This document shows, piece after piece, positions 17,211-24,475 of a stretch of 42,503 nucleotides of DNA; position 1 is the stretch's first letter, and every line of letters begins with the position of its first letter. The notes under the pieces are model-generated. The model saw only the letters and a program-made list of their open reading frames with translations, was not told where the DNA came from and did not search any database. The translations under genes were made by a program, and so were the position numbers. The DNA comes from a virus: the IMG/VR virus record IMGVR_UViG_3300028610_000429; one strand, written 5' to 3'.

Positions 17211-18800
17211 TTATTTTTTATCTTTTTCCTCTGGTAAATCGACTATTACAACCTCTGTTATTAAGAATAGAGAAATTACACTCACTGCATTTTCTAATGC
17301 TACTCTTACAACTTTTGCTGGGTCTATTATTCCTGCCTTTAGTAAATCAACATATTCTCCTGTTGCTGAATTATAACCTCTTGACACACTGTCTTTTGTC
17401 TTTTCTAATATAACATCTGGCTTACCTCCTGCGTTAAGAATAATCTGCTTGGCTGGTTCTCTGATTGCGTTGTATAAAATTCCTAATCCTAGTCTTGTAC
17501 TCATATTCTTTTCTAATAACATTTTCTTTTCTATTTCTTTCGAAGCTTGAATCAGGGTCATTCCAGCGCCAGGTACAATTCCTTCCTCGATTGCTGACAT
17601 TGTAGCTCGAACTGCGTCTTCAATTCTGTATCTCTTTTCTTTGTTCTCTTGTTCAGAGATTGTTCCTACTTTAATTATAGCAATACCACCTTTAAGTTTA
17701 GCAATTCTCTTTTTCAATAATTCTTTCTGATAGTCTGATTCTTCTTTCTTCATTGCTAAAGTTAACTCTTTGATCCTTTTATTGATTGCTGACTTACTGC
17801 CTCCACCTCCAATAATTGTAGTTTTGTCTTTACTTATAATTACTCTATCGGCTTGCCCTAATTCAGTTAATCCTACATCTTCAACTTTTATTCCTATTTC
17901 TTCAGTAATTAACTTAGCTCCTGTAAGAATAGAAATGTCTTGTAGTTTGTTTTGTTTGTCATTTCCATAACCTGGAGCTTTAACTGCTGCAATTCTAAGT
18001 TTTCCTCTAATCTTGTTTAAAACAACAGTAGGCAATGCTTCACCGGAAACGTCATCAGCTATAATTAAAAGAGCTTTATTATCAGCTCCATAAACTTCGT
18101 CTAATACTCCAATGATTTCTTCGTTAGTGCTGATTGCTTGAGATGTTACTAATATATAAGGTTTTTCTATAATAGTCTCCATTCTCTCGGGATGAGTTAT
18201 CATGTATGGAGAAATAAAACCTTTATCAATCTGAAGTCCTTTGACTATCTCTTGCTGGAGTCCAATAGTATGAGATTCTTCTACTGCTATAATTGCGTCT
18301 TTACCAATCTTTTTAATAATATCTGCAATAGTTCTTCCAATCTTAGCATCCCTTGAGGCGATAGTTCCTACACTCTCGACATCTTTATCTTTAGTGAGTG
18401 GCTTGGCCATCTTTTTAATTGTTCCTACTGCTATTTCTAAACCCATAAGCAAACCTTTCTTTAACTCAATTACATCTACACCTGCGGCCATAGCTTTTAA
18501 TCCTTCTTTTAAAATATGTTGAGCAAGAATTGTAGCCGTCGTGGTTCCGTCTCCTGCTTCCTTATCAGTCTTGTTAGCTATATCTTTGACTAAATCACAG
18601 CCCATAGCTTCAACAGGGTCTTTCAGTTCTACATTATTAGCCACAGTAACTCCGTCTAATGAAAAAGTAGAAGTTCCTTTTTTGAAAGCGACCACTCTTC
18701 CTTTAGGTCCTAAAGTAACCTTGACTGCATTAGATAGAATGTCTACTCCTTTTTGAAGCTTCTTTCTAGCCTCGTCAGAAAATAGTATTTGTTTGTTCAT
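17211..18800 (-). CDS. groL: Chaperonin GroEL (Cpn60), phage-encoded
   Basis: 529 aa. The N-terminus ([31 protein letters not shown]) is GroEL-like and the nucleotide-binding motif is [12 protein letters not shown]. Similarity extends over the full length. The protein ends ...DLPEEKDKK with no Gly-Gly-Met tail. Confidence 0.9.
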   Translation of the reverse strand: MNKQILFSDEARKKLQKGVDILSNAVKVTLGPKGRVVAFKKGTSTFSLDGVTVANNVELKDPVEAMGCDLVKDIANKTDKEAGDGTTTATILAQHILKEGLKAMAAGVDVIELKKGLLMGLEIAVGTIKKMAKPLTKDKDVESVGTIASRDAKIGRTIADIIKKIGKDAIIAVEESHTIGLQQEIVKGLQIDKGFISPYMITHPERMETIIEKPYILVTSQAISTNEEIIGVLDEVYGADNKALLIIADDVSGEALPTVVLNKIRGKLRIAAVKAPGYGNDKQNKLQDISILTGAKLITEEIGIKVEDVGLTELGQADRVIISKDKTTIIGGGGSKSAINKRIKELTLAMKKEESDYQKELLKKRIAKLKGGIAIIKVGTISEQENKEKRYRIEDAVRATMSAIEEGIVPGAGMTLIQASKEIEKKMLLEKNMSTRLGLGILYNAIREPAKQIILNAGGKPDVILEKTKDSVSRGYNSATGEYVDLLKAGIIDPAKVVRVALENAVSVISLFLITEVVIVDLPEEKDKK

Positions 18801-19090
18801 TTTTCTTCTTTAATCAAACGTTTAATAATTCTTAAAATATGATCTTGATGATTTCTTGCTTTTGTTGCCTCAGTTAAAGCATCTTTTGCCTTAATATCTC
18901 TTCTTGTAGGTGGTAGTTGTGGATTACCACTTGGTATCATCATTATTTTTGCAACATCATTAGGTTTCATTTCAGAGTAATAAATTGCGTTTATTTTATG
19001 AGTCAAAAACTTCTCTAAATGTGTATTATGAAATGCTCTTAATCCATCTAAGACACTTAATTGAATTACTTGTTCTTTTTTTTCTTCCAT
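18797..19090 (-). CDS. 97-aa protein, unknown, lying between the HNH gene and groEL
   Basis: Track ORF. Its stop overlaps the groEL start. Confidence 0.55.
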   Translation of the reverse strand: MEEKKEQVIQLSVLDGLRAFHNTHLEKFLTHKINAIYYSEMKPNDVAKIMMIPSGNPQLPPTRRDIKAKDALTEATKARNHQDHILRIIKRLIKEEK

Positions 19091-19095
19091 GTTTT

Positions 19096-19629
19096 TTAGT
19101 TTATATTTTTATGAACTTCTATATGGCATTTTCGACATAATGTAACGCCATTTTCTATAGATGTTCTCAATTTTTTGTTTCTTGCAAAACTTTTAATGTG
19201 ATGTGCGTTTAGTATCAATTTTCTTTTTCCACACTCCTGGCAAGTCCAATTATCCCTCGCAAAGACTGATTCTCTCCATAGTCGATATTCAATACTCCTT
19301 CTTATTTTATCATTTTCGGTGGTAACACCTCCTTTCCAAGCTGGATTTTTACTTCCCCGATAATGTGGAGGAGTAGCCCACGGGCATTTCTTCCCTTTCA
19401 ACGCCTCGCTAATTTTCTTGCTAACTCTCTTCTTATATTCTGGGTTTTTCCATCTTTTTTTAGAAGACTGAGCTATTTTCTTTTTTACTTTTTTAGTATG
19501 TTTCCTACCTATATTTATTTTTCTTAATTTCTGCTTAGTTTTTTCTGTTGTTACTTTCCCCAGATTTATCTTATCTCCTTTCTTAAACCACCCTTTGTTT
19601 TTTCCACTCTTTGGAATTCCTTTTGGCAT
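19096..19629 (-). CDS. HNH homing endonuclease (NUMOD-like basic N-terminus, C-terminal HNH)
   Basis: NPAWKGG...WR..VF.RD..TCQECG...LNAHHIKSF...NGVTLCRKCHIEVH. It sits between groES and groEL. Confidence 0.8.
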   Translation of the reverse strand: MPKGIPKSGKNKGWFKKGDKINLGKVTTEKTKQKLRKINIGRKHTKKVKKKIAQSSKKRWKNPEYKKRVSKKISEALKGKKCPWATPPHYRGSKNPAWKGGVTTENDKIRRSIEYRLWRESVFARDNWTCQECGKRKLILNAHHIKSFARNKKLRTSIENGVTLCRKCHIEVHKNIN

Positions 19630-19631
19630 TT

Positions 19632-19919
19632 TTAAGATATCTTAGCAAATATATCTCTCTCTCGACAAACAAGATACTCTTCTCCATCTACCTTAATTGA
19701 TTGTGGTATAAACGGATCTAAAATAATAATATCTCCTACTTTCAAATTAACTTTCCTAAATTTTCCACTTTTGTCTATTTCGCCAGGACCAACAGCAATA
19801 ACCTTTGCTTTTGAAGGCCTAGATTTAGAAACATCAGCTAATACTATTCCTGATTTTGATTCTTTTTTCTTTTCCCATAGAAGAAATACAAAATCATTGA
19901 GAGGTTTTATTTTTAACAT
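19632..19919 (-). CDS. groS: Co-chaperonin GroES (Cpn10), phage-encoded
   Basis: 95 aa. IKPLNDFVFL...SGIVLADVS...AKVIAVGPGE...LKVGDIIILD...EEYLVCRERDIFAKI matches the GroES pattern along its length. Confidence 0.85.
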   Translation of the reverse strand: MLKIKPLNDFVFLLWEKKKESKSGIVLADVSKSRPSKAKVIAVGPGEIDKSGKFRKVNLKVGDIIILDPFIPQSIKVDGEEYLVCRERDIFAKIS

Positions 19920-20010
19920 GCGTTTTTTTGCGTTGGTTTCTAATATCTCGACGGTGTTGCTTCTTACGCTTTTTCTTTTTACTCATGTCTTATTACTATA
20001 TTCTAACATT

Positions 20011-20151
20011 TTAATCTTCTACAAGCAAGGCAAAGAGAAGAATTAAACATGCAACTCCTACTCCTAACCAAAGTGTACTTTGTTGAAAATAGGCAGCTAT
20101 CAAACTAGCGATACCACTAAATAATAAAAATGCTTCTACTAATTTTTTCAT
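20011..20151 (-). CDS. 46-aa two-helix membrane peptide (below the track threshold)
   Basis: The ATG at 20151 overlaps the ninG TGA (ATGA). Translation is MKKLVEAFLLFSGIASLIAAYFQQSTLWLGVGVACLILLFALLVED. Confidence 0.4.
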   Translation of the reverse strand: MKKLVEAFLLFSGIASLIAAYFQQSTLWLGVGVACLILLFALLVED

Positions 20152-20537
20152 GTATTTTTTAATTTATCTTTATAGAGTTTGACTAAACACTCTAATTCTT
20201 CAATAGTATGTTTTTTAACCGGCATGTGTTTCAGTTGCATAAGTTCTTCGATAATTCCTTCGCCATAGTCCTTAATTAGATGTAAAGCATATTCGTCCAT
20301 TCTTCCTCCTTTAAATCGATTACAAGTAGTACATTGAGCATGAACATCTCTTTCGTCCCACCTGGTTCTCATACAACCTCGCTTGATATAGTGTCCTGCA
20401 TCCATTTCTTTAAGGTCTTTTATAGTTGTGCAGGTATAACAATAACATAATCCATCTTCATCAGTATCTCTTTGACGAATAAATTTAGAAAATACGTCAT
20501 CAAGTTTTTTAACTAATCTTTGTCTTTTGCTTTTCAT
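20148..20537 (-). CDS. ninG: NinG/Rap-like recombination endonuclease
   Basis: FIRQRD...CYTC...DAGHY......W.ERDVHAQCTTCNRFKGG...Y parallels lambda NinG (FIRERDRDLPCISCG...WDAGHY...[20 protein letters not shown]). Confidence 0.7.
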   Translation of the reverse strand: MKSKRQRLVKKLDDVFSKFIRQRDTDEDGLCYCYTCTTIKDLKEMDAGHYIKRGCMRTRWDERDVHAQCTTCNRFKGGRMDEYALHLIKDYGEGIIEELMQLKHMPVKKHTIEELECLVKLYKDKLKNT

Positions 20538-20544
20538 TCATTAA

Positions 20545-20715
20545 TTAAAAATTAAAATCTTTATATTTTACTTTAGTTATCATTCTTCCTTCTGAAGGGA
20601 ATGAAATAAACTTCAATATATAGAATTGAAATTGTCTCCATCCTAAGCTATCTATTCTATCCATTCTTTCTCCTACCTTTATCCCTATTTGCCATTTGTT
20701 TAATTCTTTCTTCAT
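20545..20715 (-). CDS. 56-aa protein (below the track threshold), unknown
   Basis: ATG at 20715, TAA at 20547..20545. Translation begins MKKELNKWQIGIKVGERMDRIDSLGWRQFQFYILKF... Confidence 0.4.
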   Translation of the reverse strand: MKKELNKWQIGIKVGERMDRIDSLGWRQFQFYILKFISFPSEGRMITKVKYKDFNF

Positions 20716-20733
20716 ATTTATTTATTATTTTTA

Positions 20734-21054
20734 TTAACCCCACGAATCAAACCTCTCTCTGTGTTCATCTGTTAAAAGATGTTTTAGCCGCCACTCTTTA
20801 TCTTCTTTTTCCATTCTTTCTCCTTCAAACTTTTTTAATTCTATTGGATTTCGTGGCTTTGGATTATAACTTGCTATTAAAAATTCAAGTTCCTCTGATT
20901 TTTTGATATTTTTCTTAATCTGATTTTCTTCTACTGCTTGGGCAACAGTTTTTACTTTCTTATTTCTGTTCTTATATTCTTCGAAAGTGTCATAATCTTC
21001 GAAAAATCCTTGAAACTTTAGTGCAACCCATAGAGATTCTTCTCCGCTAATCAT
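20734..21054 (-). CDS. 106-aa acidic protein, unknown
   Basis: Track ORF. It overlaps the ninB stop. Confidence 0.55.
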   Translation of the reverse strand: MISGEESLWVALKFQGFFEDYDTFEEYKNRNKKVKTVAQAVEENQIKKNIKKSEELEFLIASYNPKPRNPIELKKFEGERMEKEDKEWRLKHLLTDEHRERFDSWG

Positions 21055-21440
21055 ATCTCAATCTCATTGGGCAAAGGTATTTTTACATCGTGTTCTGTTA
21101 AAGCCCATATTCTAATTTTCTCAAGTAACATTTCAAACTCTGTGGTGGTTAGATCGGTAGTGCTTCTAACTGTTTCTAAAATTCCCCCAGTTTTTCTTAA
21201 AAACTCTAGCTTTAAAGCATCGTGCATTTCTTGAGTTGAATAGCCAAATTCGTCTGCTAACATTTTAACTACTACACCAAAATAATAATTGTTTTGAGGC
21301 AAACTTCTTGATGTCTTATACTTTCTTAAAATTACTTGAATTTTCTTTCCTTCAAAAGTTTTTTTATAACTTCTAAAAGTTTCAGGAGCTTTTAAAAATA
21401 TCTTTCCTTTTTCTACTTTGCCTTCAAAAATTGGATTCAT
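21051..21440 (-). CDS. ninB: NinB/Orf-family recombination mediator
   Basis: RSLPQNNYYFGVV...STTDLTTTEFEMLLEKIRIWA parallels lambda NinB (RSLDQNRKLWACL...STSRMRVGEFAELLELIQAF). Confidence 0.6.
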   Translation of the reverse strand: MNPIFEGKVEKGKIFLKAPETFRSYKKTFEGKKIQVILRKYKTSRSLPQNNYYFGVVVKMLADEFGYSTQEMHDALKLEFLRKTGGILETVRSTTDLTTTEFEMLLEKIRIWALTEHDVKIPLPNEIEI

Positions 21441-21925
21441 TAGGGTATATCTAAATTGATTGCTTCTTCCTCTTCAGTTTTTATTTCATCGTCTTGTTCA
21501 ATTACTGGAACTTCCTCTTTAGGTTCTCCTCCTCTTTCTACTGAATTATAACCTTTAAAACTTCCCTCTATTTTCTTGTATTCAAGAGTTATGGTCTCGC
21601 CTTTTTGAACTTCGGCCATTCTTGCTACAAAATAATGTAGTTCTCCATTCTCATTATAAATTGAATTTTGGTATCTCTTTTGCTGTCCGTTCTTTTCAAA
21701 AAGATATTCTACTCCTTTTTCCTTTTCTTTGGTCTTATAGTTTTCTATCTCAACTGCTTTATCTGAAATAAATTTAACGATGTGTGGACCTGTGCCTTTT
21801 ACTCCTTTCTTTTTACCATCATCGCCCTTGACTTGAATTGCTAACCTTAAAAAAGGAATTGGAGTTTTACCTTCTTTAGTTGCTTTCTCTAATAATTGTT
21901 GTGAAATTGTTTTTTCTTCTGACAT
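21440..21925 (-). CDS. Putative ssDNA-binding or annealing protein with an acidic C-terminal tail
   Basis: 161 aa, between the exonuclease and NinB. The C-terminus ...DDEIKTEEEEAINLDIP resembles acidic SSB tails (DDDIPF type). Confidence 0.35.
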   Translation of the reverse strand: MSEEKTISQQLLEKATKEGKTPIPFLRLAIQVKGDDGKKKGVKGTGPHIVKFISDKAVEIENYKTKEKEKGVEYLFEKNGQQKRYQNSIYNENGELHYFVARMAEVQKGETITLEYKKIEGSFKGYNSVERGGEPKEEVPVIEQDDEIKTEEEEAINLDIP

Positions 21926-21927
21926 TT

Positions 21928-22914
21928 TTATTTTTTATTAGTTAATAATTGACCTTTAATTTTCTCAATATCAAACCCAGCTTTTTCTATTTCTACTAAT
22001 TTTTCTTTATTACTTTCGGTCATATCTTTTCCGTCCTCCATTCTTGTCAAAACTCTGTTCCAACTACTAATTATTGGAGCATACTTCTCATAAAAATCTT
22101 TAGGTTCTTTGAAGCCATACAATTTAGTTAAATAGCCAGAATACTCAATCTTCCAGTTTTTAGTAAATCTATCACCATTAAATTCAATAGGTTTTTCTAA
22201 TGGAGGTTGCTTGTCTTCTTGATGATATTTAGTAATAGTTTCAATAGCTTTTTTATACTTTTCTTCTACAACTAAAGAATTAAACACTGGCATTTCAATC
22301 ATTCTACAATCGTCTTTACAGACATAGAGAATAGATCCTTTTTGCATATCTTTAGCTTTTAGATAGTGAAATAATTGTAGTTCGTGTCCTGTGGATGGTC
22401 TCCCATCCTTTTTCATTTTATCAAACATAAAACTTGATGTTGATTTCATTTCAATAATTCGTGTTTCAAGTCCATTAGGATAGTTTTTTTCTAAATGCTG
22501 AACTATACTCTCCCCAGCTTTAATTATCTTTGGTGGTAACTCCATTTGTTCTAAAAATGCCCTATCAAAATTAGGTTTGCCTCCTGCTATATAATCTAAT
22601 TTACCAGTTACCTTTAAAAGTCCAGGATATTGATAAGCGACCCAATCCTGTTGACTGATTAAGATTCCAGCCCTTTGAAGAATTATAGCCACAAGCCATT
22701 CCCAGATATTCCCAGCTTCAAACTTTCTTCTTGACCTTGCATTAGGAGGATTAGTTGGTTTTACTCCTTTGAGCTTTAACCAAGTATCTATTGGAGCATT
22801 GTCCAATTCAGAAGCCCACAAGCGTTCTCTTGGTTCATATTTCCTATTGTTATCTCCAGCAAGTGCTTCGTTCCAAACTCTACCTATACCCCAAACTTTA
22901 TTTTCCGTAGTCAT
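21928..22914 (-). CDS. PD-(D/E)XK exonuclease (RecB / lambda-Exo / Cas4-like)
   Basis: It carries GKLDY (Asp), IIEMKST (E-x-K) and HELQLFHY (QxxxY) motifs in the canonical order. Confidence 0.55.
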   Translation of the reverse strand: MTTENKVWGIGRVWNEALAGDNNRKYEPRERLWASELDNAPIDTWLKLKGVKPTNPPNARSRRKFEAGNIWEWLVAIILQRAGILISQQDWVAYQYPGLLKVTGKLDYIAGGKPNFDRAFLEQMELPPKIIKAGESIVQHLEKNYPNGLETRIIEMKSTSSFMFDKMKKDGRPSTGHELQLFHYLKAKDMQKGSILYVCKDDCRMIEMPVFNSLVVEEKYKKAIETITKYHQEDKQPPLEKPIEFNGDRFTKNWKIEYSGYLTKLYGFKEPKDFYEKYAPIISSWNRVLTRMEDGKDMTESNKEKLVEIEKAGFDIEKIKGQLLTNKK

Positions 22915-23065
22915 CTTGTATTTCTTGGTTTAATTTTGAGACCTTTTCTAATAATAATTCCTTAGTTATTTTTTTGCTTTTAAGCATAGACTCATAAAAA
23001 GTAATATCAGAGTCTAATCTTTTTATTTCTTCTTCTAATTGTTTTATTAAATTTAATGTTTCCAT
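22898..23065 (-). CDS. 55-aa coiled-coil peptide (below the track threshold)
   Basis: ATG at 23065, TAA at 22900..22898. Translation begins METLNLIKQLEEEIKRLDSDITFYESML... Confidence 0.4.
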   Translation of the reverse strand: METLNLIKQLEEEIKRLDSDITFYESMLKSKKITKELLLEKVSKLNQEIQDDYGK

Positions 23066-23071
23066 AATTAT

Positions 23072-23254
23072 TTATTGGTTAGTTTTTAAATTTTTATCTA
23101 TAATCTCTCCACAAATTCTACAATAATAATGACCATCAACTGCCTCATAAGCTTCATCAACTTCTATCCTTTCTTTACAATCCAAACACTTAATACTGTC
23201 AAAATTACCATTACCTTGAAACTCATATTTTGATTTAAGTAATTCTTCTATCAT
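23072..23254 (-). CDS. 60-aa zinc-ribbon protein
   Basis: CLDC...CRIC motif; track ORF. Confidence 0.55.
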   Translation of the reverse strand: MIEELLKSKYEFQGNGNFDSIKCLDCKERIEVDEAYEAVDGHYYCRICGEIIDKNLKTNQ

Positions 23255-23260
23255 CTTTAT

Positions 23261-23485
23261 TTATTTGGTTAGGTTTTTAAAATAAGTTACCTCTCTCCAA
23301 GTTTCATAATAAACATCTATTGTATGACCTGTTTTTTTTGCGTGGTCTTTTGCTTTATCTAACATTCCGCTCCCAAAATCAGAAAAATCACACACACGAC
23401 AATGACAACTTTCATTTTCCTTCTCTCTTTTATGCTTTATCACTCTCATTTTATTAAGTTTTAATCTTTCTTCATATTTAGTCAT
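23261..23485 (-). CDS. 74-aa Cys/His protein, unknown
   Basis: CHCRVC...H..K.GH motif; track ORF. Confidence 0.55.
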   Translation of the reverse strand: MTKYEERLKLNKMRVIKHKREKENESCHCRVCDFSDFGSGMLDKAKDHAKKTGHTIDVYYETWREVTYFKNLTK

Positions 23486-23514
23486 CTTTATTTATTGATT
23501 AGGGGTTGATAATT

Positions 23515-23688
23515 TTAATAACAATTCTCCTTACAAACTGAACACCGACCGGCTATCACAGGAGCATTACAACAGGATATTCTTTTGTTATCGGTTTGTC
23601 CTCTGACTTCGTCCTCAATTTGATTTTCTCTGGGTAAAGCATCAAACCTTTTTATTTCTTTTGTCATTTTGCAAACTTTTTTTGTCAT
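23515..23688 (-). CDS. 57-aa Cys-rich peptide (below the track threshold)
   Basis: ATG at 23688 with an in-frame ATG at 23667. The C-terminus is ...ISCCNAPVIAGRCSVCKENCY. Confidence 0.4.
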   Translation of the reverse strand: MTKKVCKMTKEIKRFDALPRENQIEDEVRGQTDNKRISCCNAPVIAGRCSVCKENCY

Positions 23689-23692
23689 TGTT

Positions 23693-23881
23693 TTATTTGG
23701 TTAGGGTTATATTATAGTTTAAACATTGGTCCTTTTGATTTTGGGTAGAATACCAACCTCTAAATTCCTGACTCTGCTTTTGCCAAATTTCACATTCCAT
23801 CTTCTCGTGGCGATCTAAACCTTTTAAGAAAATGAAACCTAGAATAGTGAACATTATTAAAATTGGGATTATTGATTTCAT
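23693..23881 (-). CDS. 62-aa membrane protein
   Basis: Track ORF; IIPILIMFTILGFIFL is a TM helix. Confidence 0.55.
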   Translation of the reverse strand: MKSIIPILIMFTILGFIFLKGLDRHEKMECEIWQKQSQEFRGWYSTQNQKDQCLNYNITLTK

Positions 23882-23894
23882 AATTTTTGTGAAG

Positions 23895-24071
23895 TTAGAT
23901 TTTAATTTCTATTCTTATTATTTTGTTGCCACTATCAGAAAAACTATCTTTTGCTTTTTTTGCATCTTCTTGTGTTTCGAAAATCCAATATCTTCCCCAG
24001 TTTGGTTTGGCTTCTGTAAAAGCTCTATCCCTCTCGTCAATTATTATCCATGCTTCAATTGTTTTTTTCAT
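23895..24071 (-). CDS. 58-aa protein (below the track threshold); replaces the plus-strand shadow ORF 23832..24116
   Basis: ATG at 24071, TAA at 23897..23895. MKKTIEAWIIIDERDRAFTEAKPNWGRYWIFETQEDAKKAKDSF... has normal composition, unlike the Phe/Cys/Ile-rich plus-strand ORF. Confidence 0.5.
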   Translation of the reverse strand: MKKTIEAWIIIDERDRAFTEAKPNWGRYWIFETQEDAKKAKDSFSDSGNKIIRIEIKI

Positions 24072-24236
24072 AATTTTACGAAGCTAAGTTTTTATATATT
24101 AGCAAGGAGCAGGTAAGTAAGATGAGTTTTATTGAGATTAAGAGAGTCGTAATTTTTTGGTGGACTTCGTTAATCTGCTTTGCTCGTTTATCGAACTGAC
24201 CTGTCCTTGCTGTATTCAATTTTAACTTCTGTAAGT

Positions 24237-24265
24237 AGTATATATTATTTAAAAAGTCTTGTCAA
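24237..24265 (-). promoter_or_regulatory. Sigma70-type promoter P1 (TTGACA-17-TATACT)
   Basis: On the minus strand, TTGACA is at 24265..24260, the spacer AGACTTTTTAAATAATA is 17 nt, and TATACT is at 24242..24237. The -35 hexamer contains the stop codon of 24262..24429. Confidence 0.7.
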
Positions 24266-24429
24266 GTCTTTAAAACCTTAACCCCTGCTTTTTGTATAAT
24301 TTGTCTGACTCTTTCACGAGTAATATCATACTTTTTTCCGATTTCATCTAATGTCAAAAGCGGATATAATTCTAATATCTCTTTGTCTCTTTTTGCTCTT
24401 TCTTGTTTTTGTATTGGATTTTCTGGCAT
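24262..24429 (-). CDS. 55-aa free-standing sigma70 region-4 (4.1+4.2) HTH protein
   Basis: The sequence MPENPIQKQERAKRDKEILELYPLLTLDEIGKKYDITRERVRQIIQKAGVKVLKT contains TLDEIGKKYDITRERVRQI, versus TLEEVGKQFDVTRERIRQI in E. coli sigma70. The gene is missed by the 60-aa ORF track. Promoter P2 lies 14 nt upstream of the ATG. Confidence 0.7.
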   Translation of the reverse strand: MPENPIQKQERAKRDKEILELYPLLTLDEIGKKYDITRERVRQIIQKAGVKVLKT

Positions 24430-24443
24430 ATTGTTTTTATTTA

Positions 24444-24472
24444 ATAATATATTGTTTTTAAAATCTTGTCAA
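24444..24472 (-). promoter_or_regulatory. Sigma70-type promoter P2 (TTGACA-17-TATTAT)
   Basis: TTGACA at 24472..24467, 17-nt spacer AGATTTTAAAAACAATA, TATTAT at 24449..24444. It gives a near-leaderless mRNA for 24262..24429. Confidence 0.7.
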
Positions 24473-24475
24473 ATG

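Noticed and set aside
23832-24116. The 94-aa plus-strand ORF in an apparent gap between minus-strand genes.
   Set aside because: Its composition is Phe/Cys/Ile-rich. The opposite strand carries a well-behaved 58-codon ORF (23895..24071) co-oriented with the whole genome and downstream of promoter P1.
24101-24211. A possible tRNA or tRNA-like gene (GTTCGAT string and closing helix).
   Set aside because: I could draw no cloverleaf. There is no GTTCRANNC T-loop in the right register, no 7-bp acceptor stem with a discriminator, and the 111-nt span is too long. I saw no tRNA anywhere else in the window.
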